Assembly: GCA_964016885.1 (NCBI GenBank)
Contig: OZ024741.1
Location: 290,470,001 to 290,534,000, forward strand
From: Eledone cirrhosa
Taxonomy: Eukaryota
DNA length: 64,000 nucleotides
Direction of reading: 5' to 3'
This document shows positions 13,825-25,047 of the stretch, piece after piece (within the stretch, counting starts at the first letter, position 1; the number at the start of each line of letters is the position of its first letter). The translations under genes and the position numbers were made by a program. The notes beneath the pieces are model-generated. The model made no database searches. It was not told where the DNA came from and saw nothing but the letters and a program-made list of their open reading frames with translations.

Positions 13825-15940
13825 AAAGAAAGACTGGGATAGAGCAAGAGATGGCGGTTTCAGCCAATATTTTAATCATTAGCAACGTATTCAGGATTTC
13901 GTGTGGTTGCCGGTCCACAAATAAACAAAGCTACTTTCAGGAAGAACACAATCTGCAATATGTGTCAGCAGATGTCCAGAAGCACCCTACATAAATTTTT
14001 TCCTACAACATAAAGCAATGATAGTTTCTACAATCATCCTTGTTACCCTTTCCCTTGTTCAGGTACGAATTCACTTGCCCAAACCCAGCCAAATAAAGAG
14101 TGAAGATGTCGCAGAAGTTTCTCACCACCATATTGTAAAAGCTCTGCATGTATGCCATCCATACCTGGAGACCTTCCACGGTTCTGCAACTTTCTCTAAA
14201 GCCGGTGGTCCGAGAGCTACTTTCGCACGTTTTTCAAGGATTAGATTGAGGAAATCCTCATTGACGACAGACAGCTGATTCAAAAGTTCATCAGAGTGCT
14301 CTTGCCACCTTCATTGAATTCCCTTTGATTCACGAAGAAGTTCCTTGCCATCCCTGCTGCAAAGCGGTGTCACCAGAGAAGACGGTACATAAACTTCACG
14401 CCAGAGATTGTACAACAGTTTTGTGTTACTGGAATCTGATGCAGCTTGTATCTCATCAGAAATGCATTGGGAATGTTCTCCAGAAACTTGGCTGCCCTGA
14501 TAAGTTCCTTGTTCTAGTTAGGTCTTTCCATGATGACATGAAGGCTTGGGTTAATGTCAGAGGTAACATGTCAGAGCCTATCTTAGTGAAAAATGGAGTG
14601 AAGCAGGGGGATATTCCAGCACCGACCCTATTTGCCATATACTTTGCGATGATTTTCTATATTGCATTCAGGAATTGCAAGCATGGTGTTTACATCAACT
14701 ATCGAACCTCTGACAGCGTATTTAATATCAGGCACTTTGCTACAAAAACAAAAGTATTTATCTATACCATAAGATACTTTTTGTGTGCAGATGATTCCGA
14801 TCTCGTAGTGCACACAGACTGATATGCAACACATTTTGAATGCATTTTGTGATACTTGCACTGCTCTAGGATTGACTGTCAATTTCAAGAAAACCGTTGT
14901 CATATACCAACCTGCTCCTGGTAAGCAGTACAATGAACCAAATATCTATGTGTATGGTAAAAGACTTGGAGTGGTTGATCAGTTTGTTGACCTGGTAAGC
15001 ACTGTCAATCGATACTGCAATCTTGATAATGAAATTCCACACAGGATTAGCAAAGCTTTCGGAAAGCTGGAAAGGCGCCTCTGGGGTCAGGCGAGACATA
15101 TGCAAGAAGACAAAGGTAAAGGTGTACAAGGCATGTGTGCTCTCTTCTCTTCTTTATGCCCGTAAGACCTGGGTTACATATTGACACCAACTTAAACGTC
15201 TCTCAGACGGATCCATGTCGTTCACTGGAGGGACCACATCAGCGATGTCGAGATTTTGGAAAGCTCCCTGTGTGAAAGCATAGAGGTTCTTGTGCTTAAG
15301 CAAAGACTCCGATGGAGTGGTCACCTTGCCAGGATAGAGGATTCTAGAATACCAAAACAACTCTTTTGTGGAGAGTTATTTAAAGGAAAACGACCTCCAC
15401 ATAAACCAAAAAAGAAGTATAAGGATTCGTTGAAAGCCTCATTGAAAGAAGCTAACATCTCTGCTGATACATGGGGAAGCGTAGCTGCTGATCATAGCTG
15501 GAGAAAGATTGTACACGAGGGAAAATTTGCTTTTGAAGCATCTCGAATAACATACGAGAAAGTAAAAAGAGATGTCAGAACAGGCATTGCTGTTACATTT
15601 CCAGACAGGAAAGGACCTCCTATGGAGCTGACATGCAGCGTCTGTGCAAGGCTGGATTCAAAAATCATCTTCGAAGTCATAAAGTGAGACCAGTGGTTGA
15701 CTACCAGGCTGCTGTCGAAGACGCTACTCATCATACCTGTCAAGCACGTGGAAAGGAGTGTAGATCAACAGGAGGGCTCAAAAGATATGAAAGAGTACAT
15801 GACGATCAACCACAACCGGCTATTGCCAGTGAATATTTTTATCATGGTTGCCTACTCTGTGCAAGACACTTTAGATCATTGGCTGGACTAAAAAGGCACC
15901 GTTAATTATTAATATTTATCGTGTGATGGCCATAAGTATA
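13825..15940 (+). mobile_element. Decayed RTE-clade LINE with 5' inversion and C-terminal C2H2 fingers
   Basis: Plus 14456-15905: LQKLGCPDKF, NGVKQGDIPAPTLF, LCADD, RLRWSGHLARIEDSRIPKQL and zinc-finger-like motifs. Minus 14450-13825: RWQEHSDELLN, KGNKDDCRNY. Confidence 0.88.
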
Positions 15941-15979
15941 ACAATATATATATTTATATATGTGTGTGTGTGTTTACGT

Positions 15980-16056
<77 letters not shown>

Positions 16057-16219
16057 CACACATGCCAATACACTAACGTTTAACATTTAAATGTAGCCTA
16101 GCTGCCACCCATGCTCCCACTCTTAGAGCTTTATTAGCAAACATCGCGACAACAACATTATCGTCAAGTACGATGGCTATACGAATAGAATGCTTACTCA
16201 TACATATGCCACACGAATT

Positions 16220-16255
<36 letters not shown>

Positions 16256-17084
16256 GGGTGCTTTTATGTGTGTGGGTGTGTGTGTGGTGTGTGTTTGTAT
16301 ATGTGTTTGTATGTATATATGTATGTATGTCGGTATGTAAGTGTGTGTGAACAGGATTGCCGCAAATAGATATGATTGTGTGTAAAATGTCAGAGTCTCT
16401 TATAGACAAGTAATTATTGTTGTGTGTTTTTATCTGTGTCTGTGATTTGATCCCTAAACTACCTTCGTTAGTTCTCTTGCAATCCCTGGCTGTTTGATTC
16501 CGTCAGCAAAGGAATGTGTCAGAATTTATCCCTTTTCAAGTTTCAATCATTTATCTCGCTCTCTATTTTTTATTTTTTTTATTTTACTATTGTTTAGTTC
16601 TGATCGAGCAAACTTTTGATCAAAGGCATTCCAGTAATGACCATGCCATATTTCATAGTATTCTTTGCCAAAATGCCCTTCCTTCCATCCTTTCTTTCAC
16701 CACCAAGCCAACGAACGAATCCTGGTGACTTCTGACAAGCGCTTTCATGGATGGGAATTTTGTTTGGGAATATCAAGACGGTTTTCTTTTGTTTCCTCTG
16801 GACGTTTTCACATTACACCAGCTGAGAGTATAAAGATTTTCTCATCTGCATTTCTCCCAGCCATTCCGTCTATTTTGTTCTCTTGCCTTCTGTCACATTA
16901 ATACATACAGTAAATATCTCCTTATTGTAAATGTATTGTCAACCGAGAAGAATGGGTCAGACTTGTGTGTGCAATTTAACAGTTTGTGGCATGAAACTTA
17001 AAACGTTCGTGTTAACATTGAAATTATGAATTTTGCAACACAGGCCTATTTTCATGGTGTTGACCTGTGGCTAAATAATAAGGA

Positions 17085-17275
17085 TTTCTACTATAGGCAC
17101 AAGGCCAGAAATTTTTGTGGGAGGGGAAAGTCGATTAAATCGATTCCAGTGCATTACTGGTGCTTTATTTTATCGACCATTTAAGGATGAAAGGCAAAGC
17201 TAACCTTGGCGGAATTTGAACTCAGAACGTAAAGAGCTGTAACACACCATGTTGTCCGACGCTCTATTGATTCTG
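17085..17275 (-). mobile_element. SINE copy
   Basis: Reverse complement of the family consensus. Confidence 0.85.
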
Positions 17276-18321
17276 GACGACAACATCAATAACAACGACA
17301 AAAAAAAAAGAAAAAAACAATGACAAAACTAAGCAATCAAACCAAAATTCAAAGAAAGAAAATATTAGAAGCTTCATACGAAATGGTATTTAGAATACAT
17401 AAGATAAACATAAACCCGAATTGAACTAAAGTAACAAACACCACTAGGAACAACATCAATAACGACTAATGCAACACTGTTCTACGTTTCTTTCACGCAT
17501 CATCCGATATTTTAAAAATAACATTTACAATATGCAAACCTTTGACCCAGCAATAAAAATTACATCTGATGAGCGGCGATGGTATGAGGGAGAATCAGAG
17601 AGAGAGTTGGAGGAGGGAAGATATTTATTTTACTCAATTATTTGTTTAGTTTTTAAGTTTACATTTACTGTTTGATATTGTTAATATTATATGACATTTT
17701 TTTTATTTTTATTTTAGCATTGGTTTAGGTAATTGTTCTCCTCGATGAGACATTCACCAACAACACTACCACCACTATTACTATAATTGTAATAGCACAT
17801 ATCTGTGACATTCGACTCCACCGTCTCCCTCCCTCCTCTCTCCACCCCCTCTCTCTCTCCCTGTCTATCGCCCTCTCTAAAAGCATCAGCAATGGAGACT
17901 ATTCTTAGTTATGTTCTCTGTTTTGTTTTTCCTCTCATTTTTGTGCCTGCTATATTTTTCTCTATATATATTTATCTGTCTCGCCACAACCATCTTTACC
18001 ATCACCACGAGACTCCACAGAGGGAGTTTCCATTCCAACCCTGTTTGAAATACCAGTAACATTCTTTCATATTACACCTTAATTAATGTTGTCTTAGTAC
18101 AACATTATGTAAGACATTTAAAAATGTAGTTCTACCTATACAAGATGATCATAGATTGGGTGTCTTCGATCAGAGCTTGCCTGGGGTTAAAAATGACAGC
18201 AACACTATTATATCATATTATTCCTTTTTTGTTTTACTTTGTTTAGATATTCCTCTCTATCTATCTAACTATCTATTTATTGATTTCTCTCTCTTTCACC
18301 CTCTCTCACCCCCCCCCCCCC

Positions 18322-18388
<67 letters not shown>

Positions 18389-18625
18389 ACCGGCCGATGC
18401 GTTATGTCCTTGAGCAAGACACTTTATTTCACGTTGCTCCTTCTACCTGGAGTTGCGACCGATAGATAGTACTAGCAACTAGAAAGACCAATAGAAACAT
18501 TGTTTCCTCGGTCCGATTTGACGAAAGTCGATCGATCCTTTTATATATATATTTATATATATATATATATTATCCTTCCTTGTTTGTTTACTGTCTCGCT
18601 CGCTTTACGCGATTTACTTGTCCCA

Positions 18626-18934
18626 ATAGCTTTATTTAGCTATTGCTCGCACCAACCGGAGGTATATGATTTTTAAAGCGATGAAATACCAATGAAGGTG
18701 GGAAAATCACTGACGAAGGACTATTTTTATCATATGTAACCCATGTGCAACCAATTCTAATTTTTTATATATATATATATTTATAAAACATGAGAAGAAA
18801 GAATACTGCCTGGTTGCACATGGGTTACATATGATAAAAATAGTCCTTCGTCAGTGATTTTCCCACCTTCATTGGTATTTCATCGCTTTAAAAATCATAT
18901 ACCTCCGGTTGGTGCGAGCAATAGCTAAATAAAG

Positions 18935-18938
<4 letters not shown>
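18626..18938. repeat. 128 bp inverted repeat with 57 bp spacer
   Basis: 18626-18753 is the reverse complement of 18811-18938. Confidence 0.92.
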
Positions 18939-19013
<75 letters not shown>

Positions 19014-19264
19014 AGTAACAGGAAAGGATTTTTAAATCCCGATTCTATAACCACGTCTACTCTTTCAAACTTCGGCTCAAAAGATCACAAAACAACTATA
19101 TTCTCACCTGTTCTCAAGATCCGACAGAAAGCAGCATGGAGGTACTGCACCGATGTGAGCCTCGAAATACATATAGGCTTTTGTCCCTCGCTGCTTCTGC
19201 TGGAATCCTCTAAACGGCGCTGGTCGTCAGCCTTTCAATATTCATAGCCGCGCTTTCAAAATGA

Positions 19265-19342
<78 letters not shown>

Positions 19343-19971
19343 CGAAGGAAATGTGGTAAGGAACCAGGTGGACCATAACGCACCAAAGTACTCCAAATTA
19401 GCCCTCGAAACGGCTTGAGCTCAGCCGTCGGGGTCTTACTTATTCCTATATATATATATACATATTTTTTCATTATTTGCTAAACCTTGATTATATATGT
19501 TCTGGCTCGTTAATTTATTAACCTGCCATTGAACCACATTGGCATTTGGTTGGACAATGCATGCGTCCCTTAGCGCCTTGTGCGTGAAGGAACACATATC
19601 CTATTATTACCCTCTCCTCTATGTTGAGAAAAAATTTGGTCGTTCCGACTGCTGCTAGTGATAGTGGCGGCCGATTTGACCTACCTCCCTCTGCCTCTAT
19701 CTTTACTTCAGCCCTTGAAAAAATTGATTCCACTTCATTCACTCTCATCTCGGGAACAGTTTTGGATAGCGCTAGTTCGTAATTTAAATTCAAGAATTTT
19801 ATATTCTTCGAATGAAAAGAACCTTCTGACGAGAATCTTTCTTTGCAACGAAGGCCGTATGGTCTCCGTTTATTTTTGAGATTCGAAACCGATCGGTAAA
19901 GGTAACTATAGTAGGTAAAGTCAATGTTTTTAAATTTATTTTGAAACTTTTTCATTATTTGCTAAACCTTG

Positions 19972-20085
<114 letters not shown>

Positions 20086-20140
20086 ATATAGAAATGGCTC
20101 CTCCATGACTGGAACTGTTTCATTCGGGAGAAATCATCAG

Positions 20141-20191
20141 GGCTTCCTGATGATTTCTCCCGAATGAAACAGTTCTAGTCCTGTAGAAGCC
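20141..20191 (+). ncRNA. Type I hammerhead ribozyme
   Basis: GGCTTC-CTGATGA-TTTC TCCC GAAT-GAAA-CAG TTCTAGTC CTG-TA-GAAGCC: stem I 6 bp, GUA triplet. Confidence 0.8.
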
Positions 20192-20286
20192 ATTTCTATA
20201 TTAAATATATATCAAATATTTATACTCTGCTATGTATAGAGTACCTTACTTACTGTGGTTACGCCTGATTGAACCGGGGATAAACT

Positions 20287-20365
<79 letters not shown>

Positions 20366-20406
20366 CGAAACATAAGTCAATTGCATGAACTCATAATCCT
20401 TTATTT

Positions 20407-20464
20407 ACTGCTATATATATATTTCGATGATAGCCATTGAATGGCTATGACCTCATCAGGCAGT
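20407..20464 (-). ncRNA. Type I hammerhead ribozyme
   Basis: Minus: ACTGC-CTGATGA-GGTCATAGCCAT TCA ATGGCTATCATC-GAAA-TATATATA-TA-GCAGT. Confidence 0.8.
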
Positions 20465-21164
20465 TAGTCAGTTCTTAGATATGCCAGCTCTGTGTGTATA
20501 GTGTTGATGATATCAGAGCCTTGGGACATATGTATATATATATACTTTAGGCGATTTGGGACTTACGTTCATAATGTAAACATGCCAAATATATGTATTT
20601 AGCATGTTTTCAATTTACAGGAAAAACAAGCAGCTATACTAAACTATGTGTCCAAACTGTTGCTAACATAACTATCATTGTAGTCGTTATTTCTAATTAA
20701 TTTTCCTCTACGTCTGGATTGATCCCGGAATGACGAAACTGAAAGTTGCTCCCATCATCATTTGAAATTCTAATATAAAGATAGGTGACGAGATATTTCA
20801 AGGAATTCATAAAAATACTATCTTGGTGTGTCGGCAAATTGGCGAAGTCGTTAGAATGTCAGGTATTATGTCTTGTGTTATCCGGTCTTCCCCTTCATTC
20901 TGCATCCTGATATCGCCTTAAGTCAATTTACTTTCCATCTTTTTATGGACGATATATAGATAAAATAGCAGTGGATTGCCTTACCAGCATTATTAGACCA
21001 TTAAATAAGATGCCTTGTGGTATTTGTTTCCGTCTTTTTTATTTTAATTTCAAATCCCGCTGAAGACTGCTTCCGTGGTAAAATTAACTGCTCAAATACT
21101 AGAATCATTACCAACATCTCCATTAACACCATTCAGAGTACCACCATAGCTACCACAAATAATG

Positions 21165-22722
21165 GTTTCTTATATAGGCACAAGGCCAGCAATTTGGGGG
21201 GAGGGAAAGTTGATTAAATCGACCTCAGTGCGTCACTGGTACTTTATTTTATCGACCCCGTAAGGATGAAAGGCAAAGTTAACCTCGGCGGGATTTGAAA
21301 TCAAATCATAAAGGGCCATAACTCTATGCTGCAAAGCATGGCGCCTGGCCCTCTACTGATACTGCCAATCCACCGCCCTCATAGCTACCACAAATAATAG
21401 ATCTCCCTCTCCACAAGCACAACCACCACTGCAACAACAACCACATCAACACCACCACCAACACCACCAATAACTGTAGACAATCTATGCCTTGTAATTC
21501 AGAAAAATTCCACGGCATCTAAACTCATTCATAAATTCTTTCATGTTATGGTTGTTATTCTTCTTGATGTTATCGTTGTTGTTGTCGTTACTGTTGTTGT
21601 TATTGTATTTGTCTTCATCGTTGGTCTTGTTAATGATGCTGCTGCTGTTGTTGATGAGGTCGTTGCTGTCATTGATGTTGTTAATAATGTAGTTTTTCTG
21701 TGTTAAACCTTCCCTTCTAACTACACCTTCCCAATCCTATGTGATTAGGGGACCTGTTTGGAGTAAAAATAGGAACAGAGGTCAAAGTTTACCGATGTTC
21801 TCCATTTTAAGTTTGATCTGACATTAAGGGATATGAAACACACCCTCACCCACCAACCCACCCACACACACACATTCACCCCACACTAATATTTATAGAA
21901 AAAATAAAGATGAAAATAAATACAAACAGTTTATCTAATATACAGTTTATAACAAGAATATTAAACAACAAATATACTCTAAATTCCACAGTTTATTACA
22001 ATATTAAATGTTAAATCTAATTATATACAGGCTATAAAATTATTATTACATTAATTACCGCTTATCTTCTACAGTAAATGTTTTAATTGGTTTTCTGCGT
22101 TTCTTCGTTATTCTTAAGTTCTTATCTTCTATAATTGTTTCTACTTTTGGCACAAGGCCAGCAATTACCCAGTGCATTACTGGTACTTTATTTTATCGAC
22201 CCCGTAAAATAAAGTACCAGTAATGCACTGGGTAATTGCTGGCGTTGTGCCAAAAGTAGAAACAATTATAGAAGATAAGAACTTAAGAATAACGAAGAAA
22301 CGCAGAGGGGGAGGGGAAAGTCAATTAAATCGACGTCCTTGTGTTACTGGTACTTTATTTTATCGACTCTGTAAGGATGAAAGGCAAAGCTAACCTCGAC
22401 AGGATTTGAACTCAGAATGTAAAGGGCCGTAAATCTATGCCGCGAAGCAGCGTATCCGGCACTCTATAGATACTGCCAATCCACCACCCTATTTTTAATT
22501 TTAATAATGATTTCTAGTATAGGCACAAGGCCAGTAATTTGATGGGAGAGGAAAGTCGATTAAATCGACCACAGTACGTTACTGGTACTTTATTTTATCG
22601 ACCCCGTAAGTATGAAAGACAAAGCTAACGTTGGTGGGATTTGAACTCAGAATATAAAGAGCTGTAACTCTCTGCCGTAAAGCAGGCTGTCTGATGCTCT
22701 ACGAATACTGACAATCTACCAT
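21165..22722 (-). mobile_element. SINE copies (21165-21380, 22310-22490, 22508-22722) and a SINE-tail palindrome at 22094-22306
   Basis: Family consensus on the minus strand; 102 bp inverted arms. Confidence 0.85.
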
Positions 22723-22861
22723 CCCATGTTTATCTTTAATGATAAAATCGGTTTCGCGTCAGTCCACTGCATTCATTTCGTGTCCGCCAAGTGCAATTTA
22801 AAAAAAAATTCAGGGCAATTTTTTACTTGCCCTAATAACGATTTGAATGTAAATAATATAT

Positions 22862-25047
22862 ACTAGCAGAATGGCCCGACGTTGCTCGGGATTTGCTCTA
22901 GGGTTCTTATATATTTGATATATATTTATCCTTATCGAGCCTGGTGAAATAAATACGTTTGTTTATATTTTGTTATTGTGTATGCAAAAATATCTGTACA
23001 CGAATATATATATATATATATATATCGCCGTATTTTGACTAAAGAAATTATTTAGCCTGATAGTGGGGTTAAGAACCCTCGGAGAAATGGAAAAAAGATG
23101 AGTATTGACGTACATGGGAGTCGAACCCACATCTTTGGTTATCCGGACCACTGTGCTACCATTTACACCAACACACCACCCGTCTTTTTCCATTCAAATT
23201 AGAAGCTATAAACTTAGCGACTGTAATGTCAAGTAAGAATATTTTCGAGACAGCGAGTGGGTTTGAAATTATTAGAAATGTAAGCTATCGCCGTATTTTG
23301 ACTAAAGAAATTAAAGAAATTATTTAGCCTGATAGTGGTGTTAAGAACCCTCGGAGAAATGGAAAAAGATGAGTATTGCCGTACATGGGAGTCGAACCCA
23401 CATCTTTGGTTATCCGGACCACTGTGATACCATTTACACCAATGGCGATAGCTTATATTTCTAATAATTTCAAACCCACTCGCTATTTCGAAAATATTCT
23501 TACATGACATTACAGTCGCTAAGTTTTAGCTTCTAATTTGAATGGAAAAAGACGGGTGATGTGTTGGTGTAAATGGTAGCACAGTGGTCCGGATAACCAA
23601 AGATGTGTGTTCGACTCCCATGTACGTCAATACTCATCTTTTTCCATTTCTCCGAGGGTTCTTAACCCCACTATCAGGCTAAATAATTTCTTTAATTTTT
23701 TTAGTCAAATTACGGCGATAGCTTACATTTCTAATAATTTCAAACCCACTCGCTGTTTCGAAAATACTCTTACTTGACATTACAGACGCTAAGTTTATAG
23801 CTTCTAATTTGAATGGAAAAAAAGGGTGATGTGTTGGTGTGAATGGTATCACAGTGGTCCGGATAACCAAAGATGTGGGTTCGACTCCCATGTACGTCAA
23901 TACTCATCTTTTCCCATTTCTCCGAGGGTTCTTAACCCAACTATCAGGCTAAATAATTTCTTTAATTTCTTTAGTCAAAATACGGCGATAGCTTACATTT
24001 CTAATAATTTCAAACCCACTCGCTGTTTCGAAAATATTCTTACTTGATATATATATATATATATAACAGAGTAAAGTTTAAGCAAAGAATCGCTGCTTTC
24101 ACCCTTAACGGGATCTTCTGAAACTAAAAAAATCAATCTGTGAACGCAGAAGTAAATATTTCGGAAAACGTTACACACTATAAATATATATATATAATAT
24201 ATATATACACACATATATATAAACACACACATATAGCGTCATAATGTCGTAATGCAGACAGCCAGACATACAGACATATTATAAGAATATGTATCTATCT
24301 AAAAAGAAAGACTAAGTATTATAGAGAGAGATCGCTAAATCGCGTAATGCGGTACCTAGGGCATTGAAAATTTATCTCAAAACATTCACAGGGCTAGAAT
24401 TATTACATGTATAAAGTTTGAAAACAATTGGTTGGGTGGTTCTCGAGTTTTAGGGAGTCAGACAGACAGACATTCTCTGTTTTAGATATAAAGACTAGCA
24501 GAAAACCGCCCATCGAGTTGTTTTCTGCTAGTCTATATATATAAAACTGAGGATGTCTGTCTGTCTGTCAGCTCACTAAAACTTGAGAACCATCCAACCG
24601 ATTGTTTTCAAACTTTAGACATGTAATACTTATGGTCCTGTGAGTGTTTTGAGCAAAAATTATTTTAAATTTTCAATGCCCTAGGGACCGCATTAGGCGA
24701 TTTAGCGTTCTCTCTATATAATTCTTAGTCTTTCTTTTTAGATAGATACATAGATATAACGTTGCGTCCTTATAATATCTGTCTGTATGTCTGATTGTCT
24801 GCATTACGTCATTATGACGCGCTCAGCGCGATTCCCTCGGCCTCAGTGACCAAAGTCAGTGGAGAGGGGAAGGTAATGTTTCTGTAGCACCTGTTTTAGC
24901 GTCTATTCACTCTCTCTCTCCCTCTCTCCCTCCCTCTATCCCCCTCTCGTAGTCTGTCTCTTTCTTTCACTCTCACTCTCTCTCTACGCACGTGTTTCCA
25001 CTGTCGGACAGACAGACAGAGAAATTGCTGGTTATATATAAGTAGAT
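22862..25047 (+). mobile_element. Helitron/Helentron-like non-autonomous composite
   Basis: Starts ACTAGCAGAATGGCCCGACGTTGCTCGGG (subterminal hairpin). Contains (GACA)n followed by TTATATATA..AGA(T) ends at about 24494 and 25047. Internal inverted duplication 24236-24820. Confidence 0.55.
23558..23629 (+). pseudogene. tRNA-like sequence inside a ~270 bp repeat unit (other copies 23828-23899 +, 23106-23177 -, 23377-23442 - partial)
   Basis: Cloverleaf-like GATGTGT/GTACGTC acceptor (GU-rich), A box TGGTGTAAATGG, T loop TTCGACT, atypical anticodon loop CCGGATA. Confidence 0.6.

Noticed and set aside
14268-14300. Minus-strand CTGATGA..GAATCAGCTGTC
   Set aside because: Lies within RTE coding sequence (EHSDELLNQ) and has no stem I.
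23558-23899. Functional tRNA genes
   Set aside because: GU-rich acceptor stem, no U33 in the anticodon loop, and embedded in a repeat unit.
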